Positions 18,439 to 30,317 of a DNA stretch of 64,000 nt are shown here, piece after piece. Position 1 is the stretch's first letter. Each line of letters begins with the position of its first letter. Both the position numbers and the translations under genes were made by a program. The notes under the pieces were generated by a model. The model was not told the origin of the DNA and searched no databases. It saw nothing but the letters and a program-made list of their open reading frames with translations. Source of the DNA: an uncultured Actinomycetes bacterium (GTDB taxonomy: Bacteria; Actinomycetota; Thermoleophilia; Gaiellales; Gaiellaceae); contig CAVTTF010000013.1 of NCBI GenBank assembly GCA_963737565.1, positions 112,281 to 176,280 on the forward strand. The letters are read 5' to 3'.

Positions 18439-19683
18439 CTAGAGCAGCGGCGAGATCGCTGCGAAGGCCGCTGACTTGGCTCGTTCCTTGAAGCCGTTGG
18501 GCACGCGACCGGGGCCTGACACGGCTTCCGCAGGGTTGAAGAAGCGCTCGGCGAACTGCTGCGCGAGCGGGGGTGACTGCAGGCGAAGGTCTATCTCGTA
18601 GAACCGCTTGAGGCTCCATGCCTCGAGGTTGCAGGTGCCGGCGAGGACGTCTTCGCCGTCTCGCACGAACGCCTTGGCATGCACCATCGTCGGGTACTCG
18701 AGGATCGTCACGCCGGCGTCGAGCAGCCGCTGGTGGTGGAAGCGCTCTGCTGCGGCGCAGGCCCAGTTGTTCGCTTCGGCGGGGACGACGAGACGCACCT
18801 GTACACCGCGGCGTGCCGCGCGCTCGATGCGGCGGATCATGCCCCGGTCTGTGACGTACGGATTGACGACGTCGAGAGTCTGCTGGGCGCCGTCCAGGAT
18901 CTCCGCGATCGCGTCCGAGATCGGCCGGTATCTGCCTGGGGCGTTGTGGAGAACGACGGCTGGGGCTGCGTCCGGTCGGGCCTCGAATGCCGGAAAGAGT
19001 GTGTCCAACTCGCTCTCAGGAATCGAGCCGCCGAGGAAGCGAAAGCTCGCGACGAATACGACGCCGAGTTGCGCGACAACGGGGCCCTCGACGCGAACGA
19101 ACAGGTCGTGGAACCGCCCGTCCTCGAAGTGATCCTCGATTCCTGCACCGCCTACCCATCCGATCCGGCCGTCGACGACTACTGCCTTGCGGTGATCGAT
19201 GTGGCCGAGGGCACGGATGTTCCAGCGCACCGGAGAAGAGGAGCCGAGCGGGCCTGCGGGCGTCCGCGGCTTCGTAGCTCGTGTGACGACGATCTCGACG
19301 CCCTCCTCGACGAGCGCGGCGTAGAAGTCGCGCGTCGTGTCGAAGGGATGCGAGCCCTGCTCGTCGACGACGAGCCTGACAGGAACCCCGGACCGGGCCT
19401 TCTCGGCGAGCGCCCGCGCGAAGACGTCGCCGACCTTGCCTGGACGAAACCCGAACTGGTTGATGTGCACGGAGGAGGTGGCAGCCTCGATGTCGGCCAG
19501 CATCGGCGGATAGAAGCTCCGGCCCTCGACGAGCACCTCCGCGCTCGTGGCTCGAGACTCCTCGAACGCGAGCGCAAGGTCATGTCGATCGACCCGCGTG
19601 GCTGCCAGGAGCCCGCGCGCGTGCTCGCGGAGCCGGTCGTTCGGGACGTGGACGCTACGCGCTGCCACGCGTGGACCGTACAA
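18439..19683 (-). CDS. Phospholipase D / cardiolipin synthase family protein
   Basis: Two HxKxxxxD motifs: HRKAVVVD and HAKAFVRD. Confidence 0.88.
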   Translation of the reverse strand: MYGPRVAARSVHVPNDRLREHARGLLAATRVDRHDLALAFEESRATSAEVLVEGRSFYPPMLADIEAATSSVHINQFGFRPGKVGDVFARALAEKARSGVPVRLVVDEQGSHPFDTTRDFYAALVEEGVEIVVTRATKPRTPAGPLGSSSPVRWNIRALGHIDHRKAVVVDGRIGWVGGAGIEDHFEDGRFHDLFVRVEGPVVAQLGVVFVASFRFLGGSIPESELDTLFPAFEARPDAAPAVVLHNAPGRYRPISDAIAEILDGAQQTLDVVNPYVTDRGMIRRIERAARRGVQVRLVVPAEANNWACAAAERFHHQRLLDAGVTILEYPTMVHAKAFVRDGEDVLAGTCNLEAWSLKRFYEIDLRLQSPPLAQQFAERFFNPAEAVSGPGRVPNGFKERAKSAAFAAISPLL

Positions 19684-19763
19684 CGCGGGCCAAGTCGTGC
19701 CCTCCGCGTTTCGGCCGCCGACCGGACGGTAAAGACGCTCGCACCTAACGAATCGGAGGCGGC

Positions 19764-20042
19764 ATGGGAATCATCGCGTTCATAATCCTCGGTCTGATCG
19801 CAGGTGGAATCGCCAAGGCACTGTTGCCCGGCGACGATCCGGGCGGCTTCATCGTGACGGCGCTGATCGGCATCGCCGGAGCCCTGCTCGGCGGCTTCCT
19901 CGCCGCGGCGCTCTTCGACGCTGACCCGATGGACGAATTCTTCGACATCTCCAGTTGGCTGACCGCCATCGTCGGGTCGATCATCCTCCTGCTCATCTAC
20001 CGCGCTGTGACCGGCCGCAGACGCCATGCGATTGGAACCTGA
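19764..20042 (+). CDS. GlsB/YeaQ/YmgE family membrane protein
   Basis: IILGLIAGGIAKALLPG..GIAGALLGG pattern; RBS GGAGG. Confidence 0.88.
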   Translation: MGIIAFIILGLIAGGIAKALLPGDDPGGFIVTALIGIAGALLGGFLAAALFDADPMDEFFDISSWLTAIVGSIILLLIYRAVTGRRRHAIGT

Positions 20043-20721
20043 CCGATCGTCGCGCGCAGCCGGTGTGAAGAAGACCTCGAACGGGCACTCTGCTTTGGTG
20101 GTCACCGACAACGAGGTCACGGACAAGGCGAGCACATTGCTTGCGATTCCGCAGTCCGTGCAGCGAGCGGCGGGCGACGTGGTGCACCAGGCATTCGAGC
20201 GCCTTCTCTCCTCCGACGTGCACGTGACGACCGCCGCCGAGGGAAAGCGCCTGTTGGCGGAGGACGATGACACGGAGCAGATGACGGACGCGATCCAGCG
20301 ATTCGTCGCGATCGCGACCCCAGTTGTGAGGATTGCGCTGCGCGGTGCACGGTTCACGCGCATCCCGTGGGTGCTCGTGGCGTCGTCGAGCGTGTCGATC
20401 GGCGTCACCGTGCGGACCGGTGTCCGGGAGCTCCAGGTGCTCGCCGCGTTGCTGGCTTACCGCTTCGAAGAGGAGATCGGCGCCCAGCCAGATGCGGCGC
20501 TCCTGCAAAAGCTGACGCTCGAGCTCTATCTCAGTCCGCGCCGGACGCCGAACGTCTCGGATGTCAGCTTGCCGCTCGCACGGCTCGCCCGGCGCTGGAT
20601 CGTTAGCGGCGTGCTGGGTCGGAACACGCTTGGCAAGGCGAATAAGGCGCTCGACGCCGCAGAGCGACTTGACATCAAGACGTTCGCGTCGCGATCACCC
20701 CTGGCACTTGGCCGCAGCTGA
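20026..20721 (+). CDS. Hypothetical protein
   Basis: 231-aa ORF with protein-like composition; start uncertain. Confidence 0.6.
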   Translation: MRLEPDRSSRAAGVKKTSNGHSALVVTDNEVTDKASTLLAIPQSVQRAAGDVVHQAFERLLSSDVHVTTAAEGKRLLAEDDDTEQMTDAIQRFVAIATPVVRIALRGARFTRIPWVLVASSSVSIGVTVRTGVRELQVLAALLAYRFEEEIGAQPDAALLQKLTLELYLSPRRTPNVSDVSLPLARLARRWIVSGVLGRNTLGKANKALDAAERLDIKTFASRSPLALGRS

Positions 20722-20756
20722 GCACGTTCCTGGTGGCCGTCTAATAGCTCCGAGAG

Positions 20757-20829
20757 TGGGCCGTGCTGGGATCGAACCAGCGACCTTGGGATTAAAAGTC
20801 CCCTGCTCTACCAACTGAGCTAACGGCCC
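20757..20829 (-). tRNA. tRNA-Lys(TTT)
   Basis: GGGCCGTTAGCTCAGTTGGTAGAGCA-GGGGA-CTTTTAA-TCCC...GGTTCGATCCCAGCACGGCCCA. Confidence 0.96.
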
Positions 20830-20943
20830 GGGCGGAAGATCATGGTACGCGCTCACCCTGGAAAGTCCCGGTCACCGATACCCCGCGCACCGCGCATGAC
20901 GGCCGGCGGCGGGGCTTCGCCGGGTTTCAGAGCCCACTCCCAA

Positions 20944-21186
20944 ATGGAAAGACAGGTCTGTATCATCCGTGTGGTGGAGGCCCGCATGATCGAGGATCGT
21001 GACGCCGTCGGAGTACTGCTCGTGACGGACGCCGAACGGCGCACCGTCTCTCTCGACGCAGCCGGCATCGATGGGTCGGCGCCCGAGCTCCTCGATCACG
21101 AAGGGCGCAACTGGGCCTTTTCCCACGCGGAGTGGGCGTGGGGCAGCGAGGGTCGCAGAAGGCTCCTCGTTTACGTGGCCCAGTAG
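20944..21186 (+). CDS. Small hypothetical protein
   Basis: MERQVCIIRVVEARMIEDRD...; protein-like; start uncertain. Confidence 0.45.
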   Translation: MERQVCIIRVVEARMIEDRDAVGVLLVTDAERRTVSLDAAGIDGSAPELLDHEGRNWAFSHAEWAWGSEGRRRLLVYVAQ

Positions 21187-21292
21187 GCGCCGCCAGTGCG
21201 AGGAAGCGCTGCGGCCCGGGGGAGCGCGTTCTAGCTTGCCCGCCGGGGCCGAGCCGAGTACGGTCGGCCCTGACCACGATTCGGGGGATGCG

Positions 21293-21700
21293 ATGGGCGA
21301 CTACACGATCAAGCCGCTCGGCGAGATGCCGGACGTGCTTGGGGATTACCCGGGCGAGATGCGAATGATCACGTACGACGTCGACGCGGAGCAGGTCGCG
21401 CTGACGTTCCGCCGGATGCCGCCGAGCACCGGGGGCAAGGGTTCGTACGGGCATTTCCACAAGACGCAGGAGGAGCTGTATCTCGTCCTCTCGGGCACGC
21501 TCCAGTTCAAGCTCGGCGAAACGGTCGTCGACGTCCCGAGCGGTACCGCTGTCCGCGTCGCGCCCGACACGGCACGCTCGGTCTGGAACGAGGGCCCCGA
21601 GGACGCCGAGTTGGTCATCGCCTCCGTGAAGATCGAGGACCCGAGCGGTGATTCGGTCGCCGTCGAGAACTTCTGGCCCGCCGAACTAGAGGCCAGGTAA
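21293..21700 (+). CDS. Cupin domain protein
   Basis: GHFHKTQEELYLVLSG...VRVAP cupin motifs. Confidence 0.85.
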   Translation: MGDYTIKPLGEMPDVLGDYPGEMRMITYDVDAEQVALTFRRMPPSTGGKGSYGHFHKTQEELYLVLSGTLQFKLGETVVDVPSGTAVRVAPDTARSVWNEGPEDAELVIASVKIEDPSGDSVAVENFWPAELEAR

Positions 21701-21780
21701 GTCACGGAAGCGCCCGGCCGCCGACTGATCTGAGCGCAGTGCCGCGGCCGCGAAGCGGACGCCTTCAGGGGTTTTCGCGC

Positions 21781-21810
21781 GACCGGGATCCGCGCGAGCG
21801 GATCCCGGTC
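21781..21810. terminator. Hairpin between convergent genes
   Basis: 13-bp stem GACCGGGATCCGC-gcga-GCGGATCCCGGTC. Confidence 0.65.
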
Positions 21811-21820
21811 TTGCGCAAGG

Positions 21821-24800
21821 TCAGTCGGTCACGCGCTCGAGAAACGCGCACGGTCGTGCATCGCCCGGCAGGGGCGACCGACCGAGGCGGGCAACGACCA
21901 GAGGCCCTCGAACGAGCGGAAGCTCGACGGACTGGCCGGCAGACGGAGGTGCGCCTTCGCGCGCAACGAGCTCGTACCCCTCGCCTGTCGGCGCGAAGAG
22001 GACATGCTCGGCCGCCCGTGCCGGCTCACTCGCGGTCTCCTCGCTAGCGGTCTCGATGTGCGGCTCTACTTCGGCACGTGGAGCGGCGGGCTCCGGCGCG
22101 CGCTCCCGTCCGCCACGCACGGCTGCCTCGAGCTCCTCCAGACGCTCACCAACCTGGCCGAGGAGGCTGAGGGTCTGCTCGGTCCGCCCGCGCAGCCGGT
22201 CGACCGCCCGCCAAAGAATCGCGGCGGCCGCGTCCTCGGCGCGCGCGTCTACCACCTCGGCGAGGCGCTGCTCGATCTCGTCGAGCCGAGGGACAGCGGC
22301 ATCCAGAGCCTCGAGACGCCGCATCGCCTCGTCCAGCCCAGAGCGCGCCTCGTCCTCCGCGGCGCGCAGCTCGTCCGCCCGAGCCGCGAGAACGCCAAAC
22401 GCCTCGTCAAGTCTGTGCTCGGCAGCCGACGCGTCCTCCGCGTGGCGCCGCTCGAGCTCCGCAAGCCTGTTCGGGAGCGCCGGATCGGCAATCGGTCGTG
22501 CCGTGAGCTCGTCGAGCCGCACCGTCGCTGCCTCGATGCGCGACTGCAGTTCCTCATCGGTTCTGCCCTCGACGGCCTCCAGCCGCGCGCCCAGCACGGA
22601 GAGGCCCGCGCGCAGCTCCTCGTCGCTGCGACCTTCCAGGGCCTCGACCCGCGACGCCAGCTCCGGATCCACGACCGGCCGAGCAGCGAGCTCCCGCAGG
22701 CGCCGGCCAAGCCCCTCGATCCGCGATCGCAACTCCTCGTCACTTCGACCTTCAACGACCTCCAACCGCGCCGCCAGCTCGTCAGCGCGCGCCGGATCCG
22801 CCTCCGGGCGCGCGGCCAGCTCCTCCAAGCGGCCCGTAAGCTCCGCCAGCCGCGACCGCAATTCGTCATCGGTTCGGCCCTCGACGGCCTCTAGCCGCGC
22901 ACCCAGGACGGAGAGGCCCTCGCGGAGCTCCTCGTCGCTGCGACCTTCCAGGGCCTCGACCCGCGACGCCAGCTCCGGATCCGCGACCGGCCGAGCAGCG
23001 AGCTCCTGCAGGCGCCGGCCAAGCTCCTCGATCCGCGATCGCAACTCCTCGTCGCTTCGACCTTCAACGACCTCCAGCCGCGCCGCCAGCTCCTCTGCGA
23101 GCGCCGGATCCGGAGCCGAGCGCGCGGCGAGCTCCTCTACCCGGCGGGCAAGCTCCTCCAGCGACGACCGCATGCCCTCGTCGCCGGAGCCCTCGACAGC
23201 ATGGAGCCGGACGCCGAACTCGTGCAGCCGAGCGTGCAGCTCCTCGTCGGTGCGGCCCTCGACCACTTCCAACCGCGCCGCCAGCTCGTCAGCGCGCGCC
23301 GGATCGGCCGGCGAGCGCGCCGCCAACTCCTCCACCCGGCCGGCAAGCTCCTCCAGCCACGACCGCATGCCCTCGTCGCTCCGACCTTCGATCGCCTCGA
23401 TCCGCCCGCTGAGCGTCGGACAGGACCCCGCGCAGCTCCTCGTCGCTGCGACCTTCGACGGCCTCCAACCGGGCGCGCAACTCGGCCACAAGCTCCGGAT
23501 CGGCGGCAGGGCGAACCGCCAACTCCTCCAGCCGCCGACGCAACTCCTCGTCGCTCCGACTCTCCACGACCTCCAACCGCGCCGCCAGCTCGTCTGCGAA
23601 TGCCGGATCCGCGGCCTGACGCGCGGCCAAGCTCACCCACGCGGCCGGCGAGCTCCTCCAGCCGCGACTGCAGTTCCTCGGTAGTTCGGCCCTCGACGGC
23701 CTCCATCCGCGCAGCCAGGCCGGACAGCGCCTCGCGCAGCTCCTCGTCGCTCCGACCTTCCACCGTCTCCAACCGCGCGCCGAGCTCGGCCACCAGCCCC
23801 GGATCGGCGACCGGGCGACCCGCCAATTCCTCCAGCCGGCGCGCAAGTTCGTCGAGCGCGGGCCGCACGCCTTCGTCGCCGCGATCCTCGAGCGTCTGCA
23901 GCCGGACGACGAGCTCGTGCAACTGGGCACGCAGCTCCTCGTCGCTCCGACCTTCCACCGTCTCCAACCGCGCGCCGAGCTCGGCCACCAGCCCCGGATC
24001 GGCGACCGGGCGAGCCGCCAACTCCTCCAGCCGGCGCGCAAGCTTCGTCGAGCGCGGGCCGCACGCCTTCGTCGTCGCGATCCTCGAGCGTCTGCAGCCG
24101 GACGACGAGCTCGTGCAACTGGGCACGCAGCTCCTCGTCGCTCCGACCTTCCACCGTCTCCAACCGCGCGCCGAGCTCGGCCACCAGCCCCGGATCCGCG
24201 ACCGGGCGATCCGCGATCTCCGCCAGACGCTCGCCGAGCTCCTTCAGCCCCGACCGCACGTCCTCGTCGGAGCGACCTTCGAGCTGCTCCGTGCGCCGTC
24301 GCAGGCCCTCAACCTCGGCGGCCAGCGGTGGCATCTCGCCGGCAAGCTCGCCGAGGCGACGCGCGCCTTCGGCGCGGGCCTCGTCGACGCCTGCCAGCGT
24401 CGCCTGCAATTCGGCCTCTGCCGTGGCGAGCGCCTCAGCCAGCGTGTCCAGCCGAGCGGACAGCTCGTCACGGAGCGCCGCGGCGTCTCGTCCTTCAAGG
24501 TCCGCGAGGCGCGCCTCGAGCGCGTCCACCCGCTCGGTCTCGGCCGCGTCGAGCAGCCCGGCAGGCCCAGGCTCGTCGCTTGCCCCGCGCAGGCGCCCGT
24601 TCCCGGGCACCGGCTCGGGTGGGCGCAGCTTCTGCAGGCTCGCCCACTGGTCCGCGAGCGCGCTGGCCAACTCGAGGCGCGAGATCGCCCCGCGCGCGAC
24701 AAGGATCTCGCCGAGCCGACTGCCGGTCCTACGCTGCTCCTCGAGCGCGTAGGCAAGCTCCTCCTCGGTGATCATCCCCTGCTCGACGAAGATCTCGCCG

Positions 24801-25096
24801 ATCGGCCGGCGGTCTTCTTGGTCGACGGGAGGGACGTTCCGCTGAGCCGCCGGCGCAGCAAGGGCGTCGACCGGCTCGTCTCCCGAATCCGGGCGCTCGA
24901 GGTCCGACCACTGCTCGGCGATCGCGCTGGCCAGCTCCAGACGCGACACGCCGTACTCGGAAACGAGAATCTCGCCGAGAAGAACTCCCGTCTCCTCCTG
25001 CTTCGCCAGCGCTTCGTCCAGGGTCTCCTGGGAGACGAGCCCACGCTCGACGAAGATGGCTCCGATCAGCTTGGCGGAAAGAGCAGGAGATTCCAC
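21821..25096 (-). CDS. Double-MshEN protein with ~800 aa of coiled-coil repeats and a small C-terminal globular domain (several frameshifts)
   Basis: Two MshEN-like units, one containing RLGEILVARGAISRLELASALADQ. Repeats of EGRSDEELR / ARPxADP continue across ORFs 23633, 23137 and 21821. C-terminal HVLFAPTGEGYELV...LGRSPLPGDARPCAFLE. Confidence 0.8.
22560..24290 (-). repeat. Intragenic tandem repeats (~195-bp and ~312-bp periods)
   Basis: Near-identical blocks start at 23735, 23930 and 24126, and at 22616 and 22928. Confidence 0.85.
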
Positions 25097-25103
25097 GCCG
25101 GGC

Positions 25104-25131
25104 TTATCGGCATTCCCTCGGATGAGGTATA
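25104..25131 (-). promoter_or_regulatory. Sigma28/WhiG-like promoter
   Basis: TATA-N16-GCCGATAA ending 7 nt before the GTG start at 25096. Confidence 0.6.
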
Positions 25132-25153
25132 GCGTCTGCTCTCGTAGCGATCG

Positions 25154-25441
25154 CTACGAGCGGGCCCAGGTGACGAGGGCGTCGACGACGAGCCGTAGGC
25201 GCCGGCCAGTGTCCGTCAGGCGGTACTCGACCCGCGGAGGCCGGGCGTCGACGACCACGCGGTCGAGGACCCCTGCTTCCTCCAGCTCGACGAGCCGCTG
25301 CGCCAGGGTTCGCGGCGGAATCGTCCCGACGGCCTGGCGGAACTCGTTGAAACGGGACGCGCCCTCGTAGGAGGCGTAGAGGATCGAGACCGTCCAGCGT
25401 CGCTCGAGGAGGTTCGCCGCGCGGCGAACCTCCTCGGGCAC
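25154..25441 (-). CDS. HxlR-family winged-HTH regulator
   Basis: RWTVSIL, RFNEF, PRTLAQRLVELEEAG, PPRVEYRLT. Confidence 0.88.
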   Translation of the reverse strand: MPEEVRRAANLLERRWTVSILYASYEGASRFNEFRQAVGTIPPRTLAQRLVELEEAGVLDRVVVDARPPRVEYRLTDTGRRLRLVVDALVTWARS

Positions 25442-25454
25442 CGGTGCGCAGCTT

Positions 25455-27743
<2,289 letters not shown>

Positions 27744-28086
27744 CGTGTCACTCGCTTTCGATGTGTTATTCGGTTACCAGGTACAAAAAGTATAGCGTCG
27801 AGTCGGATGGTCGCGCAGACGGGAAACGAGGCTCGCGGCAGGCTTTGCAGAACCCTTACAGCGAGCCGCAAACCGGCGCTGCCTGACGGCGTCTGAGTCT
27901 CATGAAGCCGACAACTCCGCGACGTGGGGTCTTCGGAGCTCGGCCGAGCAACAGGCGATCGACCGCGCGCTCCGAGGCTCGGACGGCGTAAGCAACAAGG
28001 TGACTCCGGCACCCCCGGACGGGTCCCGGTCGCGCGGCCGATCGGGGTCAGACCCACTGAGGCCTGACCCCGAAGGCGCTTCCGTC

Positions 28087-29211
28087 CTACCCGCGAAAGC
28101 GGTCGAGGGCGGCCTTCGCCACCCGACCGGCGAGCGCGTCCTCGCGGACGCCAGTGCCGCCGGGGCGCCACGTCATCACCGCGGCGACGTAGATCCCGCC
28201 CGGCCAGACGACGAGGCCGTTGTCGTGCCTCGCCGCCCGGATCCAGCCTGCCTTGTGCAGGACCCGGACGCCGGGGTCGCGCGCGATCTCGCGGTCGAGC
28301 TTGCCCGGGTCGCGCACGTGCGCGAGCAGGTAGAGCAGGTGACGCCCATCCGCAGCCGTGAAACCGGCCGCGCGCCGCGCGAGCGGGCCGAGCCCGGCCG
28401 ACGCCAGCCAGACCGCGCGTGCCATCGACGCGAGATCGTAGGCCGTCGTGTACTTCCCGATCCCCGACCGGGGCTGCTCGTCCACGCGCCGTGGGATCGC
28501 AACGGCAAGAGAGCGCTCTACCGCGTAACCGCCGTACATGAGCGAGTCGTCGATCCCGATCGAGCGCAGCAGCGCGTCGACCCGCCGGCCCCCGGCGCTC
28601 GTCGAGCCGCCGAGCCAGACCTCGAGTTGGTTGGCCGCGGCGTCGTCGGAGACCTCGAGCATCTTCCGCAGCACGCTGTTCACGTACGAACCAGGCACCG
28701 GGACGCCCTCGTGCCGCTCGAGCACGGCCATCGCGATCGCGAGCTTGAGCGTCGAGGCGGCGGGGAAGCGCGCGCGGGCGTTCCAGGCCGCACCCGCACC
28801 CGTGGCCAGGTTCTGGACGTACACAGCGCACGTACCGGGATACGCACGGCTGAGCGAGCGCATTCGGCCGGCGAGGAACGGGTCGAGCAGCGATGCGCGC
28901 ACTTGCGGACGAGACGCCCACGGCAGGCCGTAGACGTGCGCCACCGTTGCGCCCGCCCGGCGGCCGCGGCCGTCCACCGTGACGACGCGCACCGAGGTCT
29001 CGCCCGCCGGCAAGGGCACGCGGACATGGAAGCGGCGCCCACGCAGCGTTCGGTCGGCGAGCACGAGAGCGCCGGCCCGCACGACCACACGGCGCGTTCC
29101 CGCATCCGCAGTGCCGGCGACGATCCCGTACGAGATCTGGTACGGCGCCGGCTGCTCGATCGCTGGCGGGGACGGCGGTGGCGGCGTCGCGAGCGCGGGC
29201 ACGACGGTCAT
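28087..29211 (-). CDS. Class A beta-lactamase-like serine hydrolase with N-terminal extension
   Basis: FPAASTLK (SxxK), SDD and HKAG motifs. Confidence 0.8.
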   Translation of the reverse strand: MTVVPALATPPPPSPPAIEQPAPYQISYGIVAGTADAGTRRVVVRAGALVLADRTLRGRRFHVRVPLPAGETSVRVVTVDGRGRRAGATVAHVYGLPWASRPQVRASLLDPFLAGRMRSLSRAYPGTCAVYVQNLATGAGAAWNARARFPAASTLKLAIAMAVLERHEGVPVPGSYVNSVLRKMLEVSDDAAANQLEVWLGGSTSAGGRRVDALLRSIGIDDSLMYGGYAVERSLAVAIPRRVDEQPRSGIGKYTTAYDLASMARAVWLASAGLGPLARRAAGFTAADGRHLLYLLAHVRDPGKLDREIARDPGVRVLHKAGWIRAARHDNGLVVWPGGIYVAAVMTWRPGGTGVREDALAGRVAKAALDRFRG

Positions 29212-29220
29212 CGTAATCAC

Positions 29221-29234
29221 CGAACGTCCGTTCG
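29221..29234. promoter_or_regulatory. LexA (SOS) box
   Basis: CGAAC-GTCC-GTTCG, the Gram-positive/actinobacterial consensus, 27 nt upstream of dinB. Confidence 0.85.
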
Positions 29235-29260
29235 GTCGGTGAAGTAGCCTCCCCGTCTGC

Positions 29261-30316
29261 GTGCGCATCCTGGCCCATCTCGACCTCGACGCGTTCTACG
29301 CGGCCGTCGAGGAGCTGGAGGACCCGTCGCTGCGCGACGTGCCGCTCGTCGTCGGCGGAGATCCCGAGAGCCGCGGCGTCGTCTCGACCGCGAACTACGT
29401 CGCCCGCCGGTTCGGCATCCACTCCGCGATGAGCGCGGCCGAGGCGCGGCGGCGCTGCCCGCAGGCCGTCTTCCTGCGGCCGCGGCACACGCTCTACCGC
29501 CAGTACTCGAACGCCGTCTGGACCGCCGTGCGAGAAGTCGTGCCGCGCGCCGAGCGAACAGGGCTGGACGAGGGATACCTCGACCTGAGCTCGGTCACGG
29601 TCGACTTCGGCCGCGCCCGCGCCGTCGCGGAAGCCGTGCAGACGTCGGTTCGGGCTGCGACCTCGCTCTCGTGCTCGCTCGGCGTCTCCACCTCGAAGGT
29701 CGTCTGCAAGGTCGCGTCGGAGCGACGGAAGCCAGGCGGGATCACCGTCGTTCCCCCGGGCACCGAGGCCCGCTTTCTCGCGCCCTACCCCGTGCGCGCA
29801 CTGCCCGGGGTGGGGCCGCGCGCAGAGGAGCGGCTCGCAGCGGCCGGAATCGCCACGATCGGCGCACTCGCGGCGCTCGACGACGCGACGCTGCGCGCGC
29901 TGCTGCCCGGAACCGTCGGAACCGTTCTTCGGGATCGCGCTCGCGGCATCGACCCGCGCGATCTCGAGCTCGAGGTGGAGGCGGTGTCGATCTCGGTGGA
30001 GGAGACCTTTGCGCGTGATGTCGCCGACCGGGCCGTCCTTCACGCCGAGCTGCGGCGAATGGCCGACGACGTCGGCGAAAAGCTGCGGCGCTCCGGCTTG
30101 TCCGCACGGACCGTGACCGCGAAGCTTCGCTACGCCGACTTCTCGATCCGCAGCCGCTCGTCGACGCTGCCGGCGGCGACCGACGAAAGCAGTCACATCG
30201 GCGAGTTGGCGTGCGCGCTGCTCGACCGAGGGCTCCGCGACCGTCCCGGGGCGTTGAGGCTCGTCGGCGTCGGCGTCTCCGGGCTCTCACCCTTCCGGCA
30301 GCTGACGCTCGACTGA
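29261..30316 (+). CDS. dinB: DNA polymerase IV
   Basis: HLDLDAFYAAVE, STANYVARRFG, GLDEGYLD, KPGG, LPGVG. Confidence 0.95.
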   Translation: MRILAHLDLDAFYAAVEELEDPSLRDVPLVVGGDPESRGVVSTANYVARRFGIHSAMSAAEARRRCPQAVFLRPRHTLYRQYSNAVWTAVREVVPRAERTGLDEGYLDLSSVTVDFGRARAVAEAVQTSVRAATSLSCSLGVSTSKVVCKVASERRKPGGITVVPPGTEARFLAPYPVRALPGVGPRAEERLAAAGIATIGALAALDDATLRALLPGTVGTVLRDRARGIDPRDLELEVEAVSISVEETFARDVADRAVLHAELRRMADDVGEKLRRSGLSARTVTAKLRYADFSIRSRSSTLPAATDESSHIGELACALLDRGLRDRPGALRLVGVGVSGLSPFRQLTLD

Positions 30317-30317
30317 G

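Noticed and set aside
11110-20829. Genomic island integrated at tRNA-Lys
   Set aside because: No displaced tRNA-Lys 3' fragment or integrase was found by eye.
21821-24290. CRISPR array
   Set aside because: The repeats are long, coding and lack unique spacers, and there are no cas genes in the window.
27820-27880. c-di-GMP-I riboswitch suggested by GCAAAGCC on the minus strand
   Set aside because: The GNRA-capped P2 stem and the other conserved flanking nucleotides are absent.
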